From Candidatus Eiseniibacteriota bacterium (GTDB taxonomy: Bacteria > Eisenbacteria > RBG-16-71-46): a DNA stretch of 64,000 nt. Shown one piece after another: positions 32,153-42,054 of this stretch. The translations under genes were made by a program, and so were the position numbers. The DNA is taken from contig CAVUWA010000002.1 in NCBI GenBank assembly GCA_963744995.1, positions 992,001 to 1,056,000 on the forward strand. The letters run 5' to 3'. The notes below the pieces were generated by a model that did not search any database, was not told where the DNA came from, and was given only the letters and a program-made list of their open reading frames with translations. Position 1 is the first letter of the stretch. Every line of letters starts with the position of its first letter.

Positions 32153-33373
32153 CTAAGCCGTCCGCTCCACCACCATCGCGATGCCCTGCCCGCCGCCGAT
32201 GCAGGCGGAGGCCACGCCCCAGCGCTTGCCGCGCCTGCCCAGCTCGACGAGCAGCGTGTAGAGGAGCCGCGTGCCCGTGGCGCCGAGCGGATGGCCGAGA
32301 CCGATCGCGCCGCCGTTCACGTTCACCTTCTCGCGGTCGAGGCCGAGCTCCTTCTCGACGCCCAGGTACTGGCCTGCGAACGCCTCGTTGATCTCGATCA
32401 GATCGAGCTGATCGATGCCGATACCGGCGCGTTCGCACGCCTTGCGGATCGAGTCCACCGGACCGAGCCCCATGACCTCGGGATCCACGCCCACGCTCGC
32501 GTAGCCGCGCACCGTGCCGAGCGCCTTCTTCCCCGCGGCCTTTGCCGACTCCGCCGAGGTCACCACGACCGCCGCCGCGCCGTCGACGATCCCCGACGCG
32601 TTGCCGGCGGTGACGGACGACTCGGGGCCGAACGCGGCCGGCAGCTTCGCCAGCGCCTCCGCGCTGGTGCTGGGGAAGAGGTGGTCGTCCTTGTCCACGG
32701 TCACGGTCCGGCCCCGGCCGAGCCGCACCTCGACCGGAACGATCTCCTCGGCGAAGCGGCCGTTGTTCGTCGCCTCGTTGCTGCGCACGTGCGAGCGCAG
32801 CGCGTACTCGTCCTGCGCCTCGCGGGTGATGCCGTACCTGCGCGCGACGTTGTCCGAGGTCTGCGCCATGTAGCAGCCGCACATGGAGTCCATGAGCGCG
32901 ACCATGAGCGAATCCTCGAGCTGGCCCTGGCCGAGCTTCAGGCCCCCGCGCGCGCCGCGGATCACGTGGGGCGCCTGGCTCATGTTCTCCATGCCGCCCG
33001 CCAGCACCCAGGTGGACTCGCCGGCCTGGATCTGCTGCGCCGCGTCCACCACGCTCTGGATCCCCGAGCCGCACAGGCGATTGACGGTGAGCGCCGGCGT
33101 CTGCTTCGGGACGCCGGCCTTGAGCGCGACGTGGCGCGCGCCGTAGATCGCGTCGCCCGAAGTCTGCATCGCGTTGCCGATCACGACGTGGTCGATCTCG
33201 CTCGCCGGCACGCCGGCGCGCTCGAGTGCAGCGCCAGCCGCCACCGCGGCGAGCTCGATGGCCGAAACCGACGCGAGCGCGCCGCCCGGCTTGCCGTCGC
33301 CCCGCTTGCCGCCGATCCACTCCGCCATCGGCGTGCGGGCGCCGGACAGAATCACGATTTCCTTGCTGGACAT
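32153..33373 (-). CDS. Acetyl-CoA C-acyltransferase (thiolase)
   Basis: NRLCGSG, GGMENMS, TAGNASG, EINEAF, GHPLGATG, CIGGGQG. Confidence 0.95.
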   Translation of the reverse strand: MSSKEIVILSGARTPMAEWIGGKRGDGKPGGALASVSAIELAAVAAGAALERAGVPASEIDHVVIGNAMQTSGDAIYGARHVALKAGVPKQTPALTVNRLCGSGIQSVVDAAQQIQAGESTWVLAGGMENMSQAPHVIRGARGGLKLGQGQLEDSLMVALMDSMCGCYMAQTSDNVARRYGITREAQDEYALRSHVRSNEATNNGRFAEEIVPVEVRLGRGRTVTVDKDDHLFPSTSAEALAKLPAAFGPESSVTAGNASGIVDGAAAVVVTSAESAKAAGKKALGTVRGYASVGVDPEVMGLGPVDSIRKACERAGIGIDQLDLIEINEAFAGQYLGVEKELGLDREKVNVNGGAIGLGHPLGATGTRLLYTLLVELGRRGKRWGVASACIGGGQGIAMVVERTA

Positions 33374-33690
33374 GGAGTTGCCTCGCTGAACGGAGAAACG
33401 TCTCGAAGTGGGCCCATCGTGCCTCCCCGCTTTGGATGCGGCGCGCGGACGCTCGACGCGGCGGCGGGAAGCTAGCAGAGGGTCATGGGGCGCTCAACCG
33501 TCACCGTGGCATCGTATCGTGCGGGAGGTCGCGTGGTGCGGATCGCCCGCAGGCGCTGCGGGCGGGCCGTGCGCCGTGACAGCGCCGCGCCGCTTGGGCA
33601 CTATGCGGCGCATCGCTCCGCCGCTGCGGGGCTCCGCCGCGCGGTGCGGCGCGGGCCCCTCGCGAAGGCCCGCTACGAGGGAGGTCCGCC

Positions 33691-33909
33691 ATGCCCGGAC
33701 AGGGATCGGGCGGCAACGTCGTCGCCGCACTCGCCAGCTTCTTCATTCCGGGGCTCGGTCAGCTGCTGCAGGGCCGGCTGCTGATGGCGATCATCATGTT
33801 CGTGCTCGCTGCCGCGCTGTGGTTTTTCCTCCTCGGCTGGATCATCCACCTGTGGTCCATCATCGACGCCGCGCGCTGGAAGCCGCACGGTCAGGAGTCC
33901 CGCCCATGA
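33691..33909 (+). CDS. Small membrane protein (TM2/DUF5683-like)
   Basis: [23 protein letters not shown] motif and two TM segments ending WSIIDA. Confidence 0.75.
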   Translation: MPGQGSGGNVVAALASFFIPGLGQLLQGRLLMAIIMFVLAAALWFFLLGWIIHLWSIIDAARWKPHGQESRP

Positions 33910-34325
33910 AATCGAAGACCCATCATCTGACCATGAACGTGCCCGCCCGCCGCGGTTTCGTGAACATCACGCCGGAAGTCGAGCGCGTCGTCGGCGCGAG
34001 CGGTGTGCGCGAGGGGCTCGTGCTGGTCAACGCCATGCACATCACCGCGAGCGTGTTCATCAACGACGACGAGCGCGGACTGCATCATGACTACGAGCAG
34101 TGGCTCGAACGGATCGCCCCGCACGCGCCGACCTCGCAGTATCGCCACAACGACACCGGCGAGGACAACGCCGACGCGCACATGAAGCGGCAGATCATGG
34201 GGCGCGAAGTGGTGGTGGCGATCACCGACGGTCGGCTCGATTTCGGCCCGTGGGAGCAGATCTTCTACGGCGAGTTCGACGGGCGGCGGAAGAAGCGGGT
34301 GCTGGTGAAGGTGATCGGCGAATGA
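33906..34325 (+). CDS. yjbQ: YjbQ/UPF0047 family protein
   Basis: [40 protein letters not shown]. Confidence 0.92.
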   Translation: MKSKTHHLTMNVPARRGFVNITPEVERVVGASGVREGLVLVNAMHITASVFINDDERGLHHDYEQWLERIAPHAPTSQYRHNDTGEDNADAHMKRQIMGREVVVAITDGRLDFGPWEQIFYGEFDGRRKKRVLVKVIGE

Positions 34326-34840
34326 GCGCGGCCGACGGCGGCGTGCGGGTGCGCGGCGCGGCGCCGGGCGATGTGCCGCGCATCCATGCGCTGATGCGCG
34401 GGCTCGCCGTGTACGAGCGGCTGGAGGCCGAGTTCACCGCCACCGCCGAAGGCATGCACGATGCCCTGTTCGGTCCGAATCCGGCCGTCGAGTGCCTCGT
34501 GCTCGAGCGGGACGGTGAGCTGCTCGGCTACGCGCTCTTCTACCCGGTGTTCTCGTCGTTCCGTGCCCGGCGCACGATGTGGCTCGAGGACCTCTACGTG
34601 GATCCCGCGCTGCGCGGGACGGGCGGGGGCAGGGCGCTGATGGGCGCACTCGCGAGGCGCTGCGTGGAGCGCGGCATCACCCGCATCGGCTGGATCGTGC
34701 TCGACTGGAACGAACCGGCGATCGGCTTCTACCGGCGGCTGGGCAGCGAAGAGCAGCCCACCGGCGACTGGCTGCAGCACGCCCTGGACGAAGCCGGCGT
34801 GCGGCGGCTCGCGGCGGAGGCGGCGCCCGAGGACGCCTGA
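34322..34840 (+). CDS. GNAT N-acetyltransferase (SSAT-like)
   Basis: [44 protein letters not shown] overlap. Confidence 0.9.
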   Translation: MSAADGGVRVRGAAPGDVPRIHALMRGLAVYERLEAEFTATAEGMHDALFGPNPAVECLVLERDGELLGYALFYPVFSSFRARRTMWLEDLYVDPALRGTGGGRALMGALARRCVERGITRIGWIVLDWNEPAIGFYRRLGSEEQPTGDWLQHALDEAGVRRLAAEAAPEDA

Positions 34841-34886
34841 GGCCTCGAGTGCCCCGTCGCCGGCGTCCCGCGGGTGACCGGGCCGC

Positions 34887-35402
34887 TCAGTCTTCCGCGA
34901 TGCGGACCGCCTCGGCGGCGCCCTCGACCAGCGTCTCGTGCAGGCCGCCGACCAGCGCGGCAAGGTCGTCCGCAGGCTCGCGCTCGAGCGTCATGTGCCG
35001 CGCCGCGGCGGTCCCGAGACGCACGGTGACGGTCCCGGCGCCGCTGGCGCCTCCCGCCTGACCGATCTCGCCGTACTCGGCATAACGCTCGGCCACCAGC
35101 GCGCGACGGGCTTGAAAGGCCTGAACGTCCGCCGCGCGGCTCATCCATTGCTCCAGCACGGCCTCGTGCATCGCGTCGATCGCCGCCCCGGTCTCGCGGT
35201 TGAAGCCGCCGGCGGCGACCAGGGCGCGCACGCACGCGTAGAGCGAGAAGCATTCGAACTCGATCCGGGCGCGGAACACCGTCTGATCGTCGCCGGCCGC
35301 GGGCATGACGTCCGACTCGACGAGGTCCTGCCAGAGCCGCGGCTCGACCTCGACGAAGAACGCCGCCAGGGCACGGCCGCGCGTCTCCGGATCGGCGATC
35401 AT
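34887..35402 (-). CDS. Hypothetical protein
   Basis: Starts 3 nt after the proC stop; genome-typical codon usage; no family recognised. Confidence 0.65.
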   Translation of the reverse strand: MIADPETRGRALAAFFVEVEPRLWQDLVESDVMPAAGDDQTVFRARIEFECFSLYACVRALVAAGGFNRETGAAIDAMHEAVLEQWMSRAADVQAFQARRALVAERYAEYGEIGQAGGASGAGTVTVRLGTAAARHMTLEREPADDLAALVGGLHETLVEGAAEAVRIAED

Positions 35403-35405
35403 CGC

Positions 35406-36218
35406 CTACTCCAGCAACGCCTGCGCGCGCTGGGTCGCCTGAATCACCGATTTGATCAGGGTCACGCGCAGGCCGCCCTCTTCGAGCTGCAGCAGCCCGT
35501 CGATGGTCGTCCCGGCCGGCGTGGTGACGTTGTCCTTGAGCAGCGCCGGATGCGCGCCGGTCTCGATCACCATCGTGCCGGCGCCCCTGACGGTCTGCGC
35601 GGCCAGCTCGGTCGCCAGGTGACGCGGCAGCCCCATCTTGACGCCGCCCTCGGCGAGCGACTCGATCACCACGTAGATGAACGCGAGCCCGCTCGCCGAC
35701 AGGCCGGTGATCGCATCGAGGTGCTTCTCGTCCACCGCGACCACGCGCCCGACCGCGCTGAAGATCTCGCGCGCGATCTCGAGGTGCGCTTCGCCGGCGT
35801 GCATGCCGCGCGCGATTCCCGTGATCGCCTCTTTGACGAGTGCCGCGGTGTTGGGCATCGCGCGCACCACCGGAATCGGGCCGTGCAGGCGCGACTCGAT
35901 GAAGCCGGTGCTCACCGACGCCGCCACCGAGAGCAGCAGCTGGGCAGGGGTGAGGTGCGGTGCGACCTCGTCCAGCACCGGCGCAACGGTCTGCGGCTTC
36001 ACGGCCAGCACGACCAGGTCCGCCTCGCGCGCCGCTTCGACATTCGAGGCCGCCGCGCGCACGCCGAGCGCGGCGGCGAGATGGGGCGCGCGCTCCGGCG
36101 TGCCGCCGGTCACCGTGATGTGGCCGGCGTCGATGGCGCGGGCGTCGATCAGGCCGCGGATCAGCGCCTCGCCGAGCTTGCCGGCGCCGATCACGGCCAT
36201 GCGGGTGTCGTTCAACAT
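35406..36218 (-). CDS. proC: Pyrroline-5-carboxylate reductase
   Basis: IGAGKLG, LAVKPQ, RAMPNT, TGLSASG, VTTPAGTT. Confidence 0.95.
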   Translation of the reverse strand: MLNDTRMAVIGAGKLGEALIRGLIDARAIDAGHITVTGGTPERAPHLAAALGVRAAASNVEAAREADLVVLAVKPQTVAPVLDEVAPHLTPAQLLLSVAASVSTGFIESRLHGPIPVVRAMPNTAALVKEAITGIARGMHAGEAHLEIAREIFSAVGRVVAVDEKHLDAITGLSASGLAFIYVVIESLAEGGVKMGLPRHLATELAAQTVRGAGTMVIETGAHPALLKDNVTTPAGTTIDGLLQLEEGGLRVTLIKSVIQATQRAQALLE

Positions 36219-36321
36219 GGGAAGCCTCCTCGCGCCGCGGGAGGGACGGCGCCTGCGAACGGGTCGCCGGCGTCCGCGTCGGAGCCGGCAGCCGACAGCA
36301 TACCCGCGATGCGCGCGGCGC

Positions 36322-37188
36322 TCACGACGGCGGGTTGGTGCTCCAGTCGTAGAAGCCCCTGCCGGACTTCCGCCCGTGCAGCCCGGCCATCACCATCCGC
36401 TTGAGCAGCGGCGGCGGCGCGAAGCGCGGCTCCTTGAACTCGTCGAACATGATCCCGGCGATCGAACAGGTCGTGTCGAGCCCGACGTAGTCGCCGAGCA
36501 GCAGCGGCCCCATCGGGTAGCCGCAGCCGAGCTTCATGGCGTTGTCGATGTCGTCACGGCTGGCGAGCCCCTGCTCGTAGACGCGGATTGCGTCGAGCAT
36601 GTAGGGGACCAGCAGACGGTTGACGACGAATCCGGTCGAGTCGCCGACGGCCACCGCCGTCTTGCCGAGCTTCCCGCACCACTCCGTTGCCGCCGCCACC
36701 GCGCCCTCGCCGGTGCGGATCGTATGCACGACCTCGACCAGCTTCATCAGCGGCACGGGGTTGAAGAAGTGGAGGCCGATGAATTTCTCGGGACGCTTCG
36801 TGAACGCGCTCATCTCGGTGATCGAGAGACTCGAGGTGTTCGAGGCGAAGATCGCGTCCTTGCCGCAGATCCCGTCCAGCTTCGAGAACAGCTCGCGCTT
36901 CGTGTCGATGTTCTCGACGACGGCCTCGATCACCAGATCGCAACCGGCGAGGTCTTCGAGCTGCGTGGTGCCGGTGAGGTTCGCGAGCGTGGTCTTCATC
37001 GCCTCCTCGGTGACCTTGCCCTTCGCCACACCTCCCTCGAGGAACTTCCGGATCGAACCCATGCCCTTCTGCAGGACGTCGTCCGAGACCTCGCGCACGA
37101 CGGTCGGGAATCCGGCCGCCGCGCTGACCTGCGCGATCCCGCTGCCCATGAGGCCGCAGCCGATCACGCCGACTTTCCGAATCGCCAT
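36322..37188 (-). CDS. hbd: 3-hydroxybutyryl-CoA dehydrogenase
   Basis: GCGLMGSGIA, IEAVVE, ASNTSS, GLHFFNPVPLMKLVE, GFVVNRLL, PMGPL, GRKSGRGFY. Confidence 0.93.
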   Translation of the reverse strand: MAIRKVGVIGCGLMGSGIAQVSAAAGFPTVVREVSDDVLQKGMGSIRKFLEGGVAKGKVTEEAMKTTLANLTGTTQLEDLAGCDLVIEAVVENIDTKRELFSKLDGICGKDAIFASNTSSLSITEMSAFTKRPEKFIGLHFFNPVPLMKLVEVVHTIRTGEGAVAAATEWCGKLGKTAVAVGDSTGFVVNRLLVPYMLDAIRVYEQGLASRDDIDNAMKLGCGYPMGPLLLGDYVGLDTTCSIAGIMFDEFKEPRFAPPPLLKRMVMAGLHGRKSGRGFYDWSTNPPS

Positions 37189-37376
37189 GGTCCACCTTGC
37201 CTTTCCCCGGAATCCCGCCGGCTCGTATCACGATGGAGAACGGCGGGCGAGGTTACGGGAGGGGTGAGGGAGGGGCAAGGCGCCGCGCGAAGCGTTCAGC
37301 GCACCCCGCCTACTGCCGTGGCCGGCGCGGGCTGACCGCAGCCAGGAAGGGTGGCCCTGCAGCTCAACGGCATGGA

Positions 37377-39140
37377 TCAGCGGTTCCCCATTCGCCGGCC
37401 TGGCCTCGGGTCCTCCCGGCCGCCGCGCGAAGCTTCCGCCCTGTCGAGCCACCGAGCGAGCTCGAGGCTGTCGGCCATACCCGCCAGCGATGACCTCGCC
37501 GCGGCGAACCGCCCCGCTCCAGCCAGGGCGATGACGCGCAGCTGCTGCAGCGTCGAGTCGCGCGGAAAGCAGACGAGCGCCGAATCGCAAAAGTCGACGG
37601 CGTCCGCATAGAGATGGTTCTGGATCACGAGGGTGGCCCCGTTTGCGAGAGCTCCCGGGCCCGGACCCAGCCGCATGAATCGGGCACCGGATCCCCGCAT
37701 GACGAGCGTCCGGTCGCACTCGGTCGTGGGCCAGTGATTCACCATTTCGAAACTGGCGACGCTCGGCAGGAACAGGCGCAGCGCTCGCCCGTCGTTCAGC
37801 ACGACGGACAACAGATCCTCGGCTCCGGGGCGATCGGCAATTCGTGCGCCGCTGGATACACGATAGGTGGCGCCCGCGGAGGGAGGCACGTAGGCGATGA
37901 CCTCCCGATCGGACTGCAACAGTGCCGCGCGCACGGAAGCGACGGCCCGCCTCGCCATTTCGGATTTCCGCCGTGTCGGGTCGAGCAGCAGGGCACGGTC
38001 CGGCGTGCGCGCGGTGAGCCGCTCACCGATCATCGTGTTGGCGCGCGCTGCGAACGCGACGATGAGCGCGAGCAGACCCAGCGAGGCCATCCGCACTCTC
38101 CAGCGGGCCCCCCGCGGAGGCGCACGGCCGGCAAGACCGACCAGGGTCGCTGCCACCCCGGTCGCGGCGCCGGGGAGCGCGGTGTACGCGTAGTGCAGGT
38201 AGGTCTGGTGCGCGAGGATCAGCACAGGAGCGAGCCCGAGCAGCCACCAGGCAAGCGCAAGCGTCGCAATGCGCCGTTGCTCACGCATGAGCAGCGGCGG
38301 GCCGAACACGAGCACGAACGCCATCAGCCCCGTGGTGACGAGTTCGCGGTGGGGCACGGTGAGGATGTCGGGGAGGGGATGGACGAGATCGGTGACCCAG
38401 GCCGAATACGTGGCCAGGTTGGTGAGGAGTGTCGCGGGGCTGCCGAGCTGATAGACGTCACCCGGCCCGAGGCCGAACCTCCAGAGCAGCCACATTCCGA
38501 TTGCAGCGGCGACGCTCACGGTCAGGAGGACGCGCCACGCCACATCATTTCCTCCGGGGCGGCGTCCGCTTCCACCGAGAGCCGGAACCACCGGCAGCAG
38601 CAGGACCGACTCCTTGGAGAACAGCGCCAGCACGAAACAGACGGCCGACACGGTCACCCGCGCGAGCCCTGGTCCCGCCACGAGGAATGCCGCCAGCGTC
38701 AGCATCAACGCGAGCGCGCCATTCAAGTCGACCGCCTCGCCCAGCATGGGAGTGATGACCGGGGCCAGGGCGAATAGCGCCGCCGATGTCCAGGCCAGCG
38801 GGCGCGACCCCGTCACCCGAATCAGGCCGGCATAGACGAGTCCGACATTGACGAGGTGAACGAGGAGGCTCGCCACGTAGAACGGCAGCGGATCCGGACC
38901 GAACGCGTGGAGCATCGCCCGGAAGTAGAGCACCTGAGACAGGATGCGGTGGGGCGACGGAGCCGTTGCGACCAGACCGGCAGCCTGTTGAAGATGCATC
39001 AGGTCATCCGGGGCGAAGAAGAGACCCGGCAGATGGCGCTGCACCCAGATCGCCAGAACGAGAAGCAAACCGAGCCCCGTGGGCCCGAACGGCAGCTGGC
39101 CGGGGACGTCCTGGTGGGGTGAACCGGACTCGTCTGACAT
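37377..39140 (-). CDS. Polytopic membrane protein, GT-C glycosyltransferase-like
   Basis: 'FFAPDD' loop after TM1, FGPDPLPFY..SLLVHLVN, ALFSKES, multiple TMs, short TPR-like tail. Confidence 0.6.
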   Translation of the reverse strand: MSDESGSPHQDVPGQLPFGPTGLGLLLVLAIWVQRHLPGLFFAPDDLMHLQQAAGLVATAPSPHRILSQVLYFRAMLHAFGPDPLPFYVASLLVHLVNVGLVYAGLIRVTGSRPLAWTSAALFALAPVITPMLGEAVDLNGALALMLTLAAFLVAGPGLARVTVSAVCFVLALFSKESVLLLPVVPALGGSGRRPGGNDVAWRVLLTVSVAAAIGMWLLWRFGLGPGDVYQLGSPATLLTNLATYSAWVTDLVHPLPDILTVPHRELVTTGLMAFVLVFGPPLLMREQRRIATLALAWWLLGLAPVLILAHQTYLHYAYTALPGAATGVAATLVGLAGRAPPRGARWRVRMASLGLLALIVAFAARANTMIGERLTARTPDRALLLDPTRRKSEMARRAVASVRAALLQSDREVIAYVPPSAGATYRVSSGARIADRPGAEDLLSVVLNDGRALRLFLPSVASFEMVNHWPTTECDRTLVMRGSGARFMRLGPGPGALANGATLVIQNHLYADAVDFCDSALVCFPRDSTLQQLRVIALAGAGRFAAARSSLAGMADSLELARWLDRAEASRGGREDPRPGRRMGNR

Positions 39141-39331
39141 CCGCGCAGACTATCGCTTTTCAAGGGGACTGGCGCCCGCCTCGCGCATCCCTTACGATCC
39201 GCGCCGACGCGGGCGGGTGGTCGCGACGTCCCGTTTCCCCCTTTCGTTGACCCTCGCCTTTCGCCGGGCTGCTCCGCGCCCGTTCGCGCGGCGGGGGCTT
39301 GTCGTCTCCGGAGCCGCGGGAGATTCCTCAG

Positions 39332-40549
39332 GTGAGCCATTCCATCCTCGAGTCCCTGATCATCGAGAACGAATCGAAGATCGTACTGCTGGTGCTGGAC
39401 GGTCTCGGCGACATCCCCGACCGTGAGCGCGGCGGCATGACGCCGCTCGAGGCGGCGAAGACGCCGCACCTGGACGCGCTGGCTCCGGCCGCGGCGCAGG
39501 GCCGCATTCTGCCGGTGGCGCCGGGCATCACGCCGGGCAGCGGGCCCGGCCACCTGGCGTTGTTCGGCTACGATCCGATCGAGATCGCGGTCGGGCGCGG
39601 CGTGCTCGAAGCGCTCGGCGCCGGCATGTCGCTCAAGCCCGGCGACATCGCCGCGCGCGCCAACTTCTGCACCATCGATCCACAGGGCGTCGTCACCGAC
39701 CGCCGCGCCGGGCGGATCGCGAGCGAGGATTCGGCGAAGCTGGTCGAGGTGCTGAAGAAGGAGACGTCGCGCATCGACGACGTCGAGGTGATCCTCAAAG
39801 CGGGCAAGCAGCACCGCTTCGTCGCCGTGCTGCGCGGCGAGGGGCTGGGCGAGGGCGTCAGCGACGCGGATCCGCACCACGAGGGCGAGCCGATTCCCGA
39901 TGCGCGCCCGACCGACGACGACGCGCGCGCGCAGAAGACCGCGCACATCGTCAACCGCTTCATCGCGCGCGCGAAGGACGTGCTCAACGGCGAGAAGCGC
40001 GCCAACGCGGCGCTGATGCGCGGGATTTCGGCGCGCCCGCACTTCCCGGGCTACGCCGAGCGCTTCAAGCTGCGCGCCGCGGCGATCGCCGCCTATCCCA
40101 TGTACCGCGGCGTCGCCGAGCTCGCCGGCATGGACGTGCTGCCGGTCGGCGACACTCCGGGCGACGCGTTCGCGCTCGCCGGCAGGCGCTGGGGCGACTT
40201 CGACTATTTCTTCATCCACGTCAAGGCGACGGACATGGCGGGCGAGGACGGCGATTTCGACGCGAAGGTGAAGGCGATCGAGACCGTGGACGCCGCGCTG
40301 CCGCAGCTGCTCGCGCTCGAGCCGGACGTGCTGTGCATGACCGGGGACCATTCCACTCCCGTGCCGGCCCGCGCCCATTCGTGGCATCCGGTGCCGGTGC
40401 TCGTGCACGGGCGACTCTGCGGCGCCGACTTCGCGCCGCGGTTCCACGAGAAGTCCGCGCGCGCCGGCAGCCTCGGCGACTTCGCGAGCAAGGACCTGAT
40501 GTCGGTGCTGCTCGCGAACGCGCTGCGACTCGACAAGTACGGAGCCTGA
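39332..40549 (+). CDS. apgM: 2,3-bisphosphoglycerate-independent phosphoglycerate mutase (ApgM type)
   Basis: LDGLGD, TPLEAA.TP.LD, PGSGPGHLALFGYDP, GRGVLEA.G, DRRAGRI, HVKATDMAGEDG, TGDHSTP, HSWHPVP; start approximate. Confidence 0.92.
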   Translation: MSHSILESLIIENESKIVLLVLDGLGDIPDRERGGMTPLEAAKTPHLDALAPAAAQGRILPVAPGITPGSGPGHLALFGYDPIEIAVGRGVLEALGAGMSLKPGDIAARANFCTIDPQGVVTDRRAGRIASEDSAKLVEVLKKETSRIDDVEVILKAGKQHRFVAVLRGEGLGEGVSDADPHHEGEPIPDARPTDDDARAQKTAHIVNRFIARAKDVLNGEKRANAALMRGISARPHFPGYAERFKLRAAAIAAYPMYRGVAELAGMDVLPVGDTPGDAFALAGRRWGDFDYFFIHVKATDMAGEDGDFDAKVKAIETVDAALPQLLALEPDVLCMTGDHSTPVPARAHSWHPVPVLVHGRLCGADFAPRFHEKSARAGSLGDFASKDLMSVLLANALRLDKYGA

Positions 40550-40552
40550 CCC

Positions 40553-41695
40553 GTGAAACGGATCCTCGTCGCATTCGGTTGTTCCACCCTGTTCGCCGCC
40601 GGCGCAGCGTGCGCGCAGCCGCCGGCGCCGATCAGCGCCGGCCTGTTCGCCTTCACCGGCCAGTCCATTGCCCCCGGCACCGCGCGCGGCGCCGCTCTCG
40701 CGGGTGCGAATCGCTGGCTCGGCGACGAGCCCTTTCACAACCCGGCGGTCGCGGCGCCCGGGGATGTCGTGCTCACCCCGGTGCTGCAGCGCGTGAGCCG
40801 TCAGGATCTGCGCGCCGACAACCGGGAGTACGATGAGACCTCGGCGTTCTTCGACGTGCTGGGCGGCTGGACGGGGCGCCAGTTCGGCGCCTTCGACCTC
40901 AGCCTCTACGCCCATCAGGCGCTGCTGCGTCACGAGCGTTTCGCGTTCACGCGCGGCATCAACGCGACCCCGCCGGCCACCATCGAGGGCCAGGCCGATC
41001 AGCGTGAATTCCGCGCCGGTCTCGCGATCTCGCGCGCCGCGGGCGCATGGCGGTTCGGCGTGGCCGGTGAGTGGAACGGCCGCGACGACACCTACGAAAC
41101 CGTCGAGACCTCGGGATCGCCGGAATCCGGAGCGAGCCACGCGGATTTCTCGGGCGGCGGGGTCGGCGGACAGGCGGGGGTGCAGTGGACGGGAGCGGCG
41201 CCGTGGGGGGGTGATCTGGTGGTGGGGGCCGCGGCGCGCTTCATTCCGTCGCTCGACGTGGACGGCTCGCAGGAGCTTCACCTGCTGGTCGGCGACAGCA
41301 CCGCTTCGTTCAAGGCGACCCGCGAGTCGGGATGGGAGGGTGGCGTGTCGGCGAGCCTGCCGGTCACCCCGACCTTCCGCGTCATGGTCGCGGCCGGTGG
41401 CCGCACGGCTCAGCACTGGGACGGCTTCGGCGTGACCGACGGGAGAGTCGCGAGCTGGATGGCCGGCGGCGAGTTCCATGCCCCCGAGGTGCCGTGGACG
41501 TTCCGCTTCGGCCTCGGCCAGGAACAGCAGACGGACGCCCCCGAGTCGCGCTCGGGCGTGCTCGGCCTCGGCCTCGGCTGGGACTTCGAGGGTGTGCGCG
41601 TGGACGTCGGCGGGCTGCGCCGCACGCTGGAACGTGTGAGCGAGCCCACTTCGTACGAGGATCGCCTGGTCGGCTCGGTCGTGATCGGTTTCTAG
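40553..41695 (+). CDS. Outer-membrane beta-barrel, PorV/FadL-like
   Basis: Signal peptide; 'TARGAALAGA....DEPFHNPA' resembles the FadL/PorV N-terminal signature; amphipathic strands; terminal Phe. Confidence 0.6.
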   Translation: MKRILVAFGCSTLFAAGAACAQPPAPISAGLFAFTGQSIAPGTARGAALAGANRWLGDEPFHNPAVAAPGDVVLTPVLQRVSRQDLRADNREYDETSAFFDVLGGWTGRQFGAFDLSLYAHQALLRHERFAFTRGINATPPATIEGQADQREFRAGLAISRAAGAWRFGVAGEWNGRDDTYETVETSGSPESGASHADFSGGGVGGQAGVQWTGAAPWGGDLVVGAAARFIPSLDVDGSQELHLLVGDSTASFKATRESGWEGGVSASLPVTPTFRVMVAAGGRTAQHWDGFGVTDGRVASWMAGGEFHAPEVPWTFRFGLGQEQQTDAPESRSGVLGLGLGWDFEGVRVDVGGLRRTLERVSEPTSYEDRLVGSVVIGF

Positions 41696-41780
41696 CAGCG
41701 CCGCGGGCCCGGCGCCGGCCCGCCGCCCGCGCTCCGGAACCGCCCGCCGCGCGCACCCGGGGCGGCCGACGGCCGCGCTG

Positions 41781-41809
41781 CTGGCACGGCCCCGGCAGGG
41801 TGTTATACT
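41781..41809 (+). promoter_or_regulatory. Putative sigma70 promoter for tRNA-Leu-tig-clpPX
   Basis: CTGGCA-17 bp-TATACT with extended -10 TG. Confidence 0.45.
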
Positions 41810-41917
41810 GCGCCCGACTGTGACCCTGGCAGATCCGCTCCAGTTCGTTCCGAACGTCTTGCGTGGAAGGCGGCCCTCGGCTGCAACGCTCGGACCGGGC
41901 TGGAGATTCCGTCTCAT

Positions 41918-41999
41918 GCGAGAGTGGCGGAACTGGCAGACGCGCTGGATTTAGGTTCCAGTGGGGAAACTCGTGGGGGTTCGACTCCCCCCTCTCGCA
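41918..41999 (+). tRNA. tRNA-Leu(TAG)
   Basis: Acceptor stem gcgagag/ctctcgc, anticodon arm ctgga-tttaggt-tccag, long variable arm, GGTTCGACTCC; CCA not encoded. Confidence 0.95.
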
Positions 42000-42054
42000 C
42001 AGTGTGGACGATTCCCCCCGGCCGACACCCTGGACCCATGGAAACGGAAGACGC

